Assembly: GCA_965153455.1 (NCBI GenBank)
Contig: OZ234493.1
Coordinates: forward strand, 28,448,213 to 28,512,212
DNA: 64,000 nt
DNA from: Sphagnum compactum
Lineage: Eukaryota
Direction: 5' to 3'
In this document: positions 27,368 through 39,946 of the stretch, piece by piece
Numbering within the stretch: the stretch's first letter is position 1
How the letters are laid out: the number at the start of each line of letters is the position of its first letter
The notes under the pieces: generated by a model
Database searches by the model: none
Seen by the model: the letters and a program-made list of their open reading frames with translations, nothing else
What the model was told of the DNA's origin: nothing
Program-made: the position numbers and the translations under genes

Positions 27368-27803
27368 GCTTAGGCTCCTTAATTGGAGGCCGATCGAAAA
27401 AAGCTTGTTCCCGAACAGGGACACTACGGCCGTTAACTAGTACTTTTCTCCCATGCAATTCTACCATACTCAGGGATGTTGTCCCACAACTTCGCCCACG
27501 GAAATTTAGTGTTGTTATGCATCAAGTTGTCCTTTTTGATGATTTTTCTACTCCTGAAATCTCAGGGAAGAGTATGGAAGCAGCTGTGTCTTTTCTCTAT
27601 TCACTCCCATGCATCGGGGTCGGCCTGAATTTCTGGTTCTTCCAGCGAATAATTTAAAAGTACCTTTACCGACTCCTTAGTTGGAGTAAAGCACCACCCT
27701 AACTCTTTCAATAATCCCTCTAACTAAAATATTGTCATGATCCTGCCTTAAATTGAGCAAGGTTCTAGTAGAGAGCTTCCTTACTGTGTAATTATGATCT
27801 TCA

Positions 27804-27836
<33 letters not shown>

Positions 27837-27950
27837 TTCAGGAGCAAAGTTCTCGTCTAGACTTGAAAATTTTTGAACAAACTACAGGAATCAACCAGTC
27901 TAGTTGCTTATAGATCGCTTCTAACCATTCTGCAAATTGCTTGAGTTGAG
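27040..27950 (+). pseudogene. Probable decayed BTB-domain gene
   Basis: Scattered fragments in BTB order: EDLLAKRIE..VLKKKFLS/DLI..QLGDKG, then TPEISGKSMEAAVSFLYS, then ..CNYDL..LQEQ. Interrupted by stops, frameshifts and CT/CA microsatellites. Confidence 0.4.
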
Positions 27951-27971
27951 CTCGTAATTGTCTCCACTCCA

Positions 27972-28275
27972 GTGTTTCTGTTGTTGGCGAAATTTCGAAT
28001 CCCTAGTGACACAAAAAAAGAAGCCCTAGCAACAAGTACAAAGGCTAATTTTTCTTGAAAAAAATGCACATTGTCGTCACATTATGAAGATTTTAAAGTT
28101 TTTTTTTTGAAGTCAATCATATTTTGATAGTAGGTTCTAGCATACATGTCGCTAACAACATATAGCACGATTCCTAAACTTTTCTACTTTCCTCACTAAC
28201 CAAGCTTTCATAGCCAGATTTGGCTAAAGTCCTCTTTTGGATGATCGCAAACCCACCGACCTCACGAGTTTGAAA
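27972..28275. repeat. Dispersed MITE-like repeat (related pieces ~34240-34392 and ~50500-50680)
   Basis: Shared GGCGAAATTT / TAGCCAGATTTGGCTAAA / GATGATCGC motifs recur, some in inverted orientation. Confidence 0.45.
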
Positions 28276-28479
28276 GAAAAAAACTCTTCTCCTCTCCTCT
28301 CCTCTCCTCTCCTCTTTTCTCCCGGGCAGTTCTGCAAACGAGTAGGGCTTGGTTGTCTGTTTACTGGGTCTAGGGCCGACTCTTAGGCAAGGTCATAGAA
28401 ACTGAGTATGGCGTTTTTTTCGGGCTGCCCAAAAAAACGGAGAATACTTTTTTGTATTTGAAAAACAGAGCGTACAAAA

Positions 28480-28542
28480 ACGTGACGTGGATCGATCCTA
28501 CTTATTGAAGTACACGTGGCATCCATTGTGTCTCCACGTGGC
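28480..28542. promoter_or_regulatory. Cluster of G-box/ABRE motifs
   Basis: ACGTGACGTGG (28480-28490), CACGTGGC (28513-28520) and CACGTGGC (28535-28542) within 63 bp. Confidence 0.5.
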
Positions 28543-30756
28543 AGATTTTTGGGGGGTAGGGGGGCAGTTTCATTAGGTACAGGTACATATTCTTCCACAT
28601 GCAACTTGATTGATTTGTCGTTGTCGGATTCAAGCATGTAGAAAATCTCCTATGATGATACCCACCTACACTCTTTTCGCAGCTTCTCCAAAAGTTCTTC
28701 CCAAATTAGGATGCATCTACCTATCTGGATTCTGTCTCACGATTCATTCATTGGGTTTCTAAAAAAGTTTGCGAATCCATTTTAATCGATAGCAACAACG
28801 GTTGCTCCCCCCACAACTACAATAATTCAGTCCGCAGGGCTTATTACAGACACCGCGCCTCTCCCTGCTCCTCCAGACAGCTTAAGCAATCGCATCTCCA
28901 GCGCTCCTCCAAACTAATCTGTTGACACATAGCTTGCCATTGCTTAAGCGGAAGAACCCACAGCGCATTTCCAAAAAATGGATCTATGTTGGTTTATATT
29001 TCAATATATCATTGTATCATGAAATTGGAACAAATATCAACAGATTAATTATAATTGAAATACATTTTCACTTTGCAATAGCCCTGTCACAACGCTACAA
29101 TTGTAAAAAAAGATTACAAAGGATTAGATTTAATGATAGTTTATCTATAAAATTTTGCACAAATAAAAAAACAACCATGAAAATAAGTCTTTTCCACCAA
29201 AATTCTCAATTTTTTTTCAAGTTATGAAGTTCATATTAGATGTTTTTAAAATATTTGTTAATACATTATGTTATAATACTGATGATGACTATTATCTTAT
29301 TAAGTTGTAAAATGTTCTTCCATTGAAAATGTAGTTGAGCTAAATGTTGTTTTTACCATTTTATTTTTAAAAACAAAATTTCAAAATTAATAAAAAAATG
29401 GTGATCTGCTATTAAATATGGGTTCTAAATCAATGTTTATAATATTATTGGTGTACTTTTACACAATGATACAAGTACCAATCAATTGCATATTGATGGG
29501 TTTAATAACTTAATTTATGTTTGAAATTCAAATAATTACCTATGATCTCTAAATTTTTTCAAAGTGAGTGAAATCTTACGTATTAATATTTTTTATACTA
29601 AAATGTAGTCATAATTTATCGTAAAATTGTCTACACGATACCATGCATCTACCTCTGTAACATAACAAAATTGTTACCAAAATTGGTGCCTCCTTTTAGT
29701 AGATATATTTTGACCTTGTTTTCATTGTTTCATTGAATGAATCCTTTTTCATCTTCATTTGGGCATTTGTTAAATTCGGCCTTTGTGGTCTTTTTAGGTT
29801 AATGTGATTTTTAAGGTGACAAGTTTTTTGCAAACAAGTTTTATGTACTCATTTTGAACCTACATTATCAATTTATTATTTTGTTTAATTACAAATTCAA
29901 GCATTTTATGATTTAACCTTAAACATGCATATCAATGTTGGGTTATCATTGTAATCAATGATAATTCTAAAAAAAGAAGTTAATTAAACTTTCTAGACTA
30001 TTAACACTGTAATCCAAGCATTATCAATATCTAGGGAAAATATCATATTTTTACACATTTCATTTATATTGCCACATTCAATAAGCTTTCCTATTTGGTG
30101 TGTAATAAAATTAGCAATTGGCTTGAGATCGAAGAGGTGAAAATATGATAACAAGAGCCATCCCTATCACTTAGGTTGACTATTTTTTGATTGGTAAAAA
30201 AAATTGGGATTACTAGGTCCAACCACGCCATAAGGAACCACACATGCCTCCTTAAACCACTATTTTTTCATTATTTTTTGAAGAATATTCTTAAAATTTT
30301 AAAAATAAATTTTTCAAAAAAAACATTAAAATTAATTTTTTTTGATACTATTATGTTAAGGTGCATATTAAAAAATATCCTAAAATTTGAATTGTGCTTT
30401 TAGTGTCAAAACAATTTTTAAGCAACCATTGCTTTAAAAAAAAATTATTGTAAATTATGTATTTTAACTATAACCATTGTAACCATTGTAGCCATTGTAA
30501 CCATTACAATACACATTAATTACAAATTATAAACATGTTAAAATGTATTTTATATTCATCGGATTATTATATGTTAGATAAATATATTAAAAAAATGTGT
30601 GTCACAAATATGACACACATTTTCAACATTAATTTAATGTACTAGACTTGCAAAGAAAAAAAAAAACACTAATTATTAAAACAATGATTCCTTTGTTTGT
30701 GTTTGCATTATTTTTTAGAAAATTTGCAATGACCAATTGTTCCTTAAAGAGGTTGC

Positions 30757-31073
30757 TTTTGCCTAAACTACAAATAAATCAAAGGACATATTCATGGTTA
30801 GGGTACCATTTTTTGGACACATGATTCAAGGACTTTGATTTTGTTATCTATCAAATATATAATTTTTGCCTAAACTGCAAAAAAATCAAAGGGCATATTC
30901 ATGATTAGAGTACCATTTTTTGGACACATGATTCAAGGACTTTGATTTTGTTATCTACCAAATATATAATTTTTGCCTAAATTGCAAAAAAATCAAAGGG
31001 CATATTCATAGTTAGGGTACCATTTTTGGGCCACATGATTCAAGGACTTTAATTTTGTTATCTACCAAATATA
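30757..31073. repeat. Tandem repeat, 3 x 107 bp
   Basis: The GCCTAAA... unit starts at 30761, 30868 and 30975, with high identity between copies. Confidence 0.95.
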
Positions 31074-31156
31074 GAATCTACATGGAATAAATTTAAATGA
31101 AAAAAATTGAAAAGTTTAAATTATGATAATTTGTATGGTGGTGGTGATTTTTCATA

Positions 31157-31825
31157 TCTACTATATTAATTCGCTTAGTCCGTCTGTGACAGGGCGTTCT
31201 GCACACAGACAGACTAAGTCCCCACAGTGGAATTGTCTGCTATGGAACAGTGTTGTTTTCTATGGCAGAACCGGCCAATTTAGATATAAACGAGGCAGTA
31301 ACATTAATGATTCATCACACGGGCACGACTTTTGAGCAATTCTTTGGGCGGAAAATTAAATATTTTGGAGGGAAAAAAATTGGGCCAGCGAATCAAATCA
31401 TTTTGAGCAGATATTGGGTAGAAAAAAAATTCTTTCCAGCAATTATTCAAACTACATCCACCTAGAAGGCTTGGGTCTTTGCCGGTTCTTTCACGAAACC
31501 CAACAATTCTTATAAGGTTTTGAAAATACCCGGAACCGGCAGTTCTTTGTATCCTATTATTTTATTTAAAAAAAAAACCCCGGACTGGACTGGACTGGAC
31601 GGGGGCTTCAGTTCCAAGTTGTTTTGAATTTCCGGACTTGACGGTTCTTTGATTCCGAACATGTCCCCCCCCCCCCCCTCCCCCCCCCCAAAAAAAGGGC
31701 TTTACCTGGCATAAATACCCTCATAATAGTGTTTTTTTGATAATTTTATCTTTTTTTGCTCGCCCCCCCCCCCCACTCACTTTTGGGGGACTTCACAGTG
31801 TCCGAAGGTCACACGTACCCACTAG
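31157..31825 (+). mobile_element. Non-autonomous Helitron (~670 bp)
   Basis: 5' end A|TCTACTATATTAAT. 3' end has an imperfect hairpin GTGTCCGAAGGTCACAC followed 7 nt later by CTAG|T. Insertion is between A and T with no TSD. Confidence 0.75.
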
Positions 31826-34551
31826 TGTATATGTAATTATGTATCAACACTCCAATAAAATACTAGGGATTCAAAAGTTTTTATATACAATTTGACATTT
31901 TTTTCGTACATGATTTTTTTTACACATGTGACATGTACACTTGGGGTTGCAAATTTTAAGCCCAGTGAATATAAAAAATCAAACAAAATGAATTATGTAA
32001 CTTTCAAAAATCTCATACCATGTATGATTTAATCAAATATGTATAATGAACATTGCTAAACATAGATGTAAACATTATTTATCCATGAAACAAAATTGAA
32101 GTCAACTGCATTATTTTATGCATTCCTTTTGATTTTTTAAAGATGAAAATGTTTTTAAAATAATGATTCAAATTATTTGAAAAGAAATTTATATTGTATC
32201 CCATCTATTTTTAGATTATTTTATTAGTTTAACATGACATCATTTTGGTTATAGGCATACAATAATCCATTATAATTATAAAACAATAATAACCATAAAA
32301 ATCCAAAATATTCTTTTACAATCCTTTTTTCGTTAGACTGTCCTTTTAATTGTGAATATGCCCCAAATGGTGGGATTAGTTCAAATGTGATTTCCAATAA
32401 AAGAGTCTATCAACACCTATGCATCTAACATCCTCATGTTGCCATCCACTTTTACATTTCCTTATCAAATCCATTGTTATCTTTCGATGTCCTTCTTTTG
32501 TGAAGGTGGGACCGATTTAATGATCTTTACAAAAGAATGCTCTTCTACAAGCACATGTCCTTTTTGCATTATGCAACTCTAACAATATGCCCTAAATATT
32601 TTGATAACTAACTTCTATTAAATTGGGTTTTAGAGATTAACAAACATCAAGACCTAACTGAAAAAAAAATTACATTTCACCAAATTCAATTACAACAAAT
32701 AATGTTAATGATTGATAATAGCTTCATCAATTCGAAAACATTAAATAGGTTAAATGGTATACTTCCAACATTTTGGTGAAGGCCTTGTCTTTGCTTTATT
32801 CGTCCTTAAGATTACTTTTAAATAAACATGACTTTGACCAACAACAACCTTCTTACTTTTCTTCAAGGATTCCAATTGCCTTGCCACACTATTCATATAA
32901 TTATATCTTGATTTGTTAAAAGAAATCATACTTGGTGATAATGCCATTTTTCATCCTAGGAGATTCTTTTAAAAACTTGGGTAACTTGGTCCATTGGAAA
33001 AGATAGTGGAATAAAAGGGTATTATCACCTCTAATAATGCTTATTCCAAGGGGAATTCTCTAGGTTATTAAGGCAAGAAGTCAAATTTAAACACATTAAA
33101 ATTATTCGTAAAAGGACCTTCATATAGTGAAAAATGTGCTAATTCAAACCAAACAAGGTGCAAAGATTTTTGTATGACGAGGGTTTTATGTAAGGAAAAA
33201 AAAAAAAGTGAAATTCATTCTTCCACCCAAAGTGTGTTTCAAACAACTTTCAGCCCATGTACGTTGACATTACTACGAGCATGACAAGTTGTATGGAGGT
33301 TTTTGAAGCAAGTGAGGTACATCTAATGTGTATTGCAACTTGCAATTCAAGGTTTGTGACAATTTTTGTGTAAATTTTAGTTTTTTTTTTCTCTTTGTTA
33401 ACTTTTCTCTCACTAAGTTTTGTCCATTACACAATTTTATTGAGTATGTTTGCTTGTGTTGTTATTTGTTTTCAATTTCTCGCACATTGTTACTCCAAAA
33501 GAAAATAGGTGAAAGTGTGTATTCATGTTATTAGGGTGACTTATCCAAGGTGACTAGGCCCTATAGCAATCATCTATGATAATTATAATTATAATTAAAC
33601 AATAATTGTCAATCTAATTGTCGATTTGTAAATTCCTTGTAATGAATCCTTGACAACTCCACTAAGTCAAAATATAAATTTTTTGACATTTTGGATGATT
33701 TTTAAACATGTTTGTGAAAGTTGATCTATTTTTTAAAATTGGGGATGTTTTAGTAAAATGTCAATCAAGGGTTAAATGAGCTTATTTTCCAACAAGAGTT
33801 TCGTACATAGTGCACACCTCTATACTACTACGAATAACTATTGCACACATAGAAAGAAAATACAAAATGAATTTTCGCTCGATACACATGTAAGAATATA
33901 CCATCCCACTTCCACAATTGTGGTGGCCATTGATGTTGCATTTTGGTCACTTATCCTAAGGTCAATTTCATCAATTAAATAACCCTCAAAATAGTGAAAT
34001 GAAATTCTGTGAAAATATGAAATTGACATGTTGGGTGTGATCAAAATTGTCATAGGCTACAATGTGAATAATTTCACTACTCATATCACAATGTTATATA
34101 CTAGATGATGGAAAAATATTATAATTAAAAAATTAAAAAACAAATTCATTTTACCGAAACAAAATGAAAATTATTCATTTTGTCAATGTGGAAACTGACC
34201 CTAGGCTTAGGCTACGGTAGTGGCGATCGACCCAAAAAGGATTTAGCCATTCATTGATGCTGGACAAGTTATTGGAAAACTCTCAAAACATTAATAAAAA
34301 TTGTGGCAGAAAAATCTGGTTTAATTTCACTAGGAACTTATCTAAATCTGGCGAACTCTTTTTTGGGGGTGTGATCAAATTTGGCAAAACTGAGTCCCCA
34401 ACGCCGTCCCTTGCGTGAGTGTAGGGTTACCCCCGTGCAAACACGATCAGCGATCGGAGACGAAGGCACCAGCAGGAATGTTGGTGCAGTACCGCTGCGT
34501 TCGTGAGAGCTTCAGCGCATCAACAGCCCCAAAGCGGGCAGCGGGAACGTC

Positions 34552-36882
34552 ATGCACTTCAAGGACGCGCGAGCGCTGTTGGGGGTGCCCATCAATGCCA
34601 CCGTGCCGCAGGTTACCAAATCCTCCAAATTTTTTCGCAACTGAATCTTCCCTGAATTTTGTCAGTTTCTTTCAGAAATTTGAGGGTTTTTTTTTTTTTT
34701 TTTGGCAGAAACTGTGAAATGGGTGATGTTACAAATTGTATTTTTTTGTTTTTTTTTGCCGTTGGCTATGGCAGGTGAAAGCCGCTTACAAGAAGAAGGC
34801 GCTCGAGAATCATCCTGACCGCTTTCCTCCTGACTGCAAGAGTCAGGCTGAGGCTCGTTTCAAGCTTGTATGAATTCTTTGGTACCCATTTGTGGTTGAA
34901 GAGTTTTCGGTTTGACATTATTATTGCCACATAATTGAGTTGGATTCTTAGAGTATGGTGGGAATTTTCCTGTAGATTCTGCATGAATTTGGTATGCGCA
35001 AGACCTATAGCTGACTTGGAATTATGGCATCTCCTCATTGATCCCAATCATGTTCTGTGAAAGTTGAGGTGATGACAATTTTTTATCTGAGTCATGACCT
35101 GCTTGCCAGCAGTCTCACACAGTCTGCTACAGTCAAGGGGATGCCTGGATGTGTGTCCCTTTATGTGCCCATCACACTCAAGGGAATAGATTTCTGGGTA
35201 CAAGCAAATTCAAAGACCATATGAAGCTAATGCATGGTTGTTTTGAGCAGATATCAGAAGCCTACACATGTCTCAGATCAGTGAGTTTCCCTCTACAACA
35301 TGTGTGCTTTTTCAGTGTTTGCTTCTCATCTACTTTTGGCTATTGCTGGATGATGTAAGATGTGAATTTTCATCATGATCTTAAGCTCATGAACAATATA
35401 TTTGTCTTCCATTTTAGGTTGTGAACCTCCTTCAAAATTAATGCCTAAGTGTCCCTCAGTTGAATGAGAGCAGAGATCTTCCCTCTCTTGTCCAACCCAT
35501 TTTCCAATGTCCATGAGGTGATTATACAAGTTCTCCTCTCAATCAGGCCAGGATTCACTCTCATTTGGAATCAATTCATGAATTGGCCTCTTAACGTAGG
35601 AGCTCTAGGCCACTCATGGTTCTTCAAAGTCTTAGAGTGCATTGTGTTGTTAGCTAATCAATATAAGTATTAGTGTAAACAGGTACGAGTCTGTGTAATT
35701 TGTAAGAAGTTAAGACACTGAGCTATTGTCAGCTAATGAAGGTGTGTTGTGATCTGCAATCAGGACCAAGGGAGTGCTTATCGGTCAGGTGAAGATTCTC
35801 ACATTCTGCAGAGGTCGTTGGCTATATGGGAACAAATTTCATACTTCAGTCTGTTCAGGGTGACTAGAATCATAATAGGTTGGGTGAGATTGTAAATGTG
35901 GAGAAGTTGTGAATACTTAGAAAGATATTTGATCAGTCTACATCTGACTGTTATAGCTAAGTTTTGCTTGAGGATCAACCTGCAACAGTACCCTGCTATA
36001 GTCTTACAAGTAGCTGGGTGAAACATGTGTGGGGCAGCATATTCTGGTAGTGCAAGCATGGGGGTAATGTACAGAAGGGGCAGGCAGATGCCATCCTTGG
36101 TGGCCAGCATACCCTTTGCTCTCCTTATTGTTGGCACTGTATCCCTTGGTTTCTCATGTGCTGCCAGGTGAGTGCTAATTGTCTTTGGTACTCTATGTGT
36201 ACATTGAGTCAATGTATATACCCCACAATCCTGTTGCAGCTTGAATCAGAACACTGTGGTGATGACTTTGATTAGCCTGTTGCCTACTAGCTGACATCAT
36301 AAGTGAGTCCTTCTGTTGCATCTAGAAATGTCACAGAAACTCAGGACACTGATTTTATGTGAAAGTTTGCCCAAGTTTCTGATTAGATTACTAAATAGCT
36401 GTCTGCACCAACTGTTGGGAGTAGATGAAGTCAGTGGGGAGTGATGGCAACTGCTTTCTGCCATTCATGATGAAGGAGATGGTCTGATACTTCGTGAGTG
36501 ACACTCACAAAGTTATGATTGCACACATTCTTTTTGTGTTTGGTTTGATTCACTGGAACTATTTCAGTGGACTTCCCTTTGTTATCTCAAGCTATACAAA
36601 CATATCTTGGTTGAACTCACATAGCAGCACCCGACTGGGGATTATGGGCGGAGTTTTTTAATCTTTTGGGGTGGGAAAGGGAATGATGCCACCAGTTAAT
36701 TGTATGAATCAATGTTTGGAGTTAATTTCTGATTACATCACAAGTTTAGGACTAAAGATCTGTACTATGCTTAGATGCTCTTTCTTCAGGTGCTGGCACC
36801 CACTTATGGTTGGGTGTTGGTGTGCAGTGCATATCGAAAGCAGCAACAAGAATCCCCTGCTAGGCATCCATTTTTACCTTGA
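34552..36882 (+). CDS. Small J-domain (DnaJ type III) protein with C-terminal hydrophobic segment, 130 aa, 6 exons (DJC72-like, from memory)
   Basis: Exons 34552-34611, 34775-34867, 35251-35280, 35764-35788, 36038-36167 and 36828-36882 splice in frame to MHFKDARALLGVPINATVPQVKAAYKKKALENHPDRFPPDCKSQAEARFKLISEAYTCLRSDQGSAYRSAYSGSASMGVMYRRGRQMPSLVASIPFALLIVGTVSLGFSCAASAYRKQQQESPARHPFLP*. HPD motif intact. Confidence 0.92.
36406..36520 (+). repeat. Intronic ~90-110 nt dispersed element with box C/D-like motifs (copies at 38561-38655 minus and 42946-43048 plus)
   Basis: Shared consensus AG(C/T)(T/A)GATGA..TCAGT...AT(G/T)GCA.CT.....GC..TT..TGATGAAGG.GA..GTCTGA.ACTT.. Confidence 0.7.
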
Positions 36883-38263
36883 TGACATAGTGTCAAAACC
36901 GGAGGCAGTCCTCACAACATCAGACTGAATTATGGTGTCAACTATCAGTTGAGTAAGTTTGCTGGGGGGAAGGACTATGATCCTGAATGAAAGGAAAGAT
37001 CAGGTGTAGACTGGCAGCTTCCTATGGTGTCTTTTGGATACTTTTTGTCATCCAGATCTGTCTTGAATCTGTTAAATGCTAGTTTCTAGAGTCAATTGAA
37101 TTTGTGCAAATAGGGCATGCCTTACAAGCTTGATCTATGCACATTAAATGCTTCTTACATGCAAGCCAGATTGGAAGCTGCAGTCCTAAAAAGCATATGA
37201 CTGCACTCATTTGTACAGCCATATAAGTGGTTTATACAAGCATGTGGTGTCAATCTCAAGCCACGAACAAAATGATGTTGACTTGGAGTGATGGGTTCTA
37301 TTGTTTCAGAGCGTTGAATGGCATTTTCAGTTCATTGTGTCTGAAGTCTAATGTTTAGAGTGAAGTTATTCTCACATTTAACAGAGCATAGTGGTCTTTT
37401 AAATTTAATGCACTAGGGTACTCTTTGATATAAATTTGTTGGTGGGAGGCTTGTTTTCCTTGTCATCCAGAAAGATGCAATGGGCCATGTATACTAAATT
37501 TGACCACATCAATGAAATTTTTCAGTTGAAAGTTCATAACAGGTTTAACTACCTGTAGGATAAATTGGGATTACATGTATAGAATTACATTTGGACTGAA
37601 ATGATCATACAAGTGAAATTCATTGATATGGATAAAATTGATCAATCTGACCCTTGTGGATTGCAGTTGTGAATGAGCACACCATCACACAATACACCCT
37701 TGGAAAAAGTGGTGTACCAATTTCATTTTTGACGAAAGGCTAATAAGCTGCTTTGACATTTGAGTGGGAATTTTTCAGAATGCAGAACCTGCAGTCTGCA
37801 TCCTCCTGAGACTCAATTAGAACTGGCCATCACTCGTTAAAACTTCATCCTCACCAGGTCCATGAATGATGGAAGTGCTTTCTAGAAGGGGCAAGTTTTG
37901 TCTTGTAACAGCCCAAAGTTTTGTCGGTTAGATGGAAGAATGCCCTTATTGGGCTCCAAAGGAACAATCCTTCCCATGCAGAGTGAAGTCATGAAGGGTC
38001 CAGGATTCTGTCTAAAGGTAATGCGGATAGATAGTCACAAAACATTTTCTTGCTCATTTTAAATTCCCTCTAGCCTGACTGCCTACTATTGGCTGATACT
38101 TTAGTCTTTGGACACAAATTGAGAATGCTGTGACTGATAATCATAAAAATAAGCAGCCAGAAATTGATTGTGTAGCCTCTAACCAAGCTAGGTGAAAGGG
38201 CATCAAGCATGACTAGGCAAACTTGAATTGAACACAAACTGCATGTGGAACAGATCCACAAAC

Positions 38264-38879
38264 TTAGTAGGCACAGTTGCTGATAACATCTATATCCACC
38301 TGAGTGGCATCCATGGCTTGGAGCTCATAATGAATTCCATCCAATTCCCTCTGGAATCGATTCTTGGAGCTTGAATACATCATTTTAGCTTTAACTCAGG
38401 ATGTGTCGAGGGACATGAAGTGGCAGTCAATGTGACAGTGGTTCAAGATACAGACATTGTGCATCAGATAATTGAGCATGTCTATGAGATTGTGAAGTAA
38501 ATTCCACAACACTTTGAAGCTACTGTAACATGACAATGTGTATGGCTGTAAACCTATTAATGTCACTCACAAAGTGTCAGACCATCACCTTCATCATGAA
38601 TAGCAATGATGAGCTGCAATGACTACCCACTGATTTCATCAGCTCCTAAGTGGTGGGTCTAGATTAAGTACATCCCATATCAGCAATCCTTCTCAGGAAG
38701 TTGGGCAGTTGAAATCCTCATAACTCGCACCAGGGGCACCTGTCTTCTCCAGAGTGATTTGTTGCAATTTCTCATCTATCTTAGAGATAATGTACCAGTA
38801 TGTTTTTTTCCTCTAGAGCTCCATGAACTTCAGTGTGCACTCATCACTTACAGACATCCCTACTGATGCAGCATTTTGC
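38264..38879 (-). pseudogene. ADF: Actin-depolymerizing factor (ADF/cofilin) pseudogene, unprocessed
   Basis: Exon 38879-38668 gives AASVGMSVSDECTLKFMEL*RKKTYWYIISKIDEKLQQITLEKTGAPGASYEDF/TAQLPEKDC*YGMY. Exon 38414-38264 gives [48 protein letters not shown]. Three premature stops, frameshifts, a mutated acceptor (AT instead of AG) and loss of the DFDF..FIAW segment. Confidence 0.92.
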
Positions 38880-39750
38880 CTGGAACATACAAAAGAGATT
38901 TTCAATCACAAGTCCATCACAGTAAAGCATGCATCTCAAAGACTGTGGGGCTGATTGCAAGTCTATTGGAGGCCAAGTTTGATGTTTTCCAAACTACAGC
39001 ATTGTCCGAGCAGCATATAAGAACATGAGAAAAAATCGTTTGCAATCATGAAAATGGACAACCCCTGACAACTCCTCAGTCACTTAGGTGAAAGTAACAT
39101 TTACATGGGTTGTTGACCTTATAATTTGCATTTTTGCATTCCATTTGCATGTGAGATGTTCACCTTCTATTAAGAGTACCCACACCAAAATTGAAGATGA
39201 ATAAATAAATAAATAAATAAAAGTTTGTAACAAAACTTGTGTTGAGAGCTTTGTTAGAAATGTGTGTTTTTTTTTACTCATCTTTATTGGCCTTGTTGCC
39301 TACCAAGGCAAGGATATTCTGTTTAGATTCATTATTATAGTAGCTTAAGGGATTTTGGCCCCTAGGTAATAATAATAATAGGTCTATTTTTTTTTATATG
39401 AGAATTTTATATGAAAGATGATATTTTGGCTTGAGTTGAAACTTGAGATTTAGTTATTATTATAGAGTTATAATAATATCTTGAAGGATTTTGGTTTTTT
39501 TTAGAGGATTTTTTGAAGACTATGTTTTTGCATGGTGAAATATTTGAGTTTCCATAATTCTTCTTTTTCCTTAAGATACTTACTTTTTAATGTAAATGGC
39601 AAGGCCACACAGTGTGACACACCCCCTTGTTATTTCATCTAACCACAGTCAATTTCAAACATATGGTAGGTTCCAATCTCACATTAAAATTCCAAATTTT
39701 CTGAAAATAATATAATTAGTGCCAAAGCTAGCAAGGTACTATGGATATAT

Positions 39751-39781
<31 letters not shown>

Positions 39782-39946
39782 TTGTGTTGGGTTGTTGGAT
39801 TTCAAGCTTGTCCTTGGTAGGTTTAAATTTGGCAGTCCAAGTTGGGTTCTGGTAATTGGAGGCGAAGAAATAATTTTTGGGGCGAAGTGAGTGAGTGAGT
39901 GAGAGTGCTTGAGGAATTGCGAGAGGCGGAAGATCGTCGGGACCTC

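Noticed and set aside
26802-27467. Overlapping ORFs with RE/LS repeats
   Set aside because: Open mainly because of (CT)n/(GA)n microsatellites. No coherent protein apart from possible BTB fragments.
30757-31073. CRISPR-like array
   Set aside because: Whole units repeat without unique spacers, the context is eukaryotic and there are no cas genes.
32300-33100. Coding-like minus-strand stretch
   Set aside because: Probably a transposon relic, but no motif could be recognised with confidence.
35799-36212. 137-aa minus-strand ORF
   Set aside because: Antisense to J-protein exon 5 and its introns.
37790-38020. Exon-like GC-richer segment between the J-protein gene and the ADF pseudogene
   Set aside because: Stops in all frames and no recognisable similarity.
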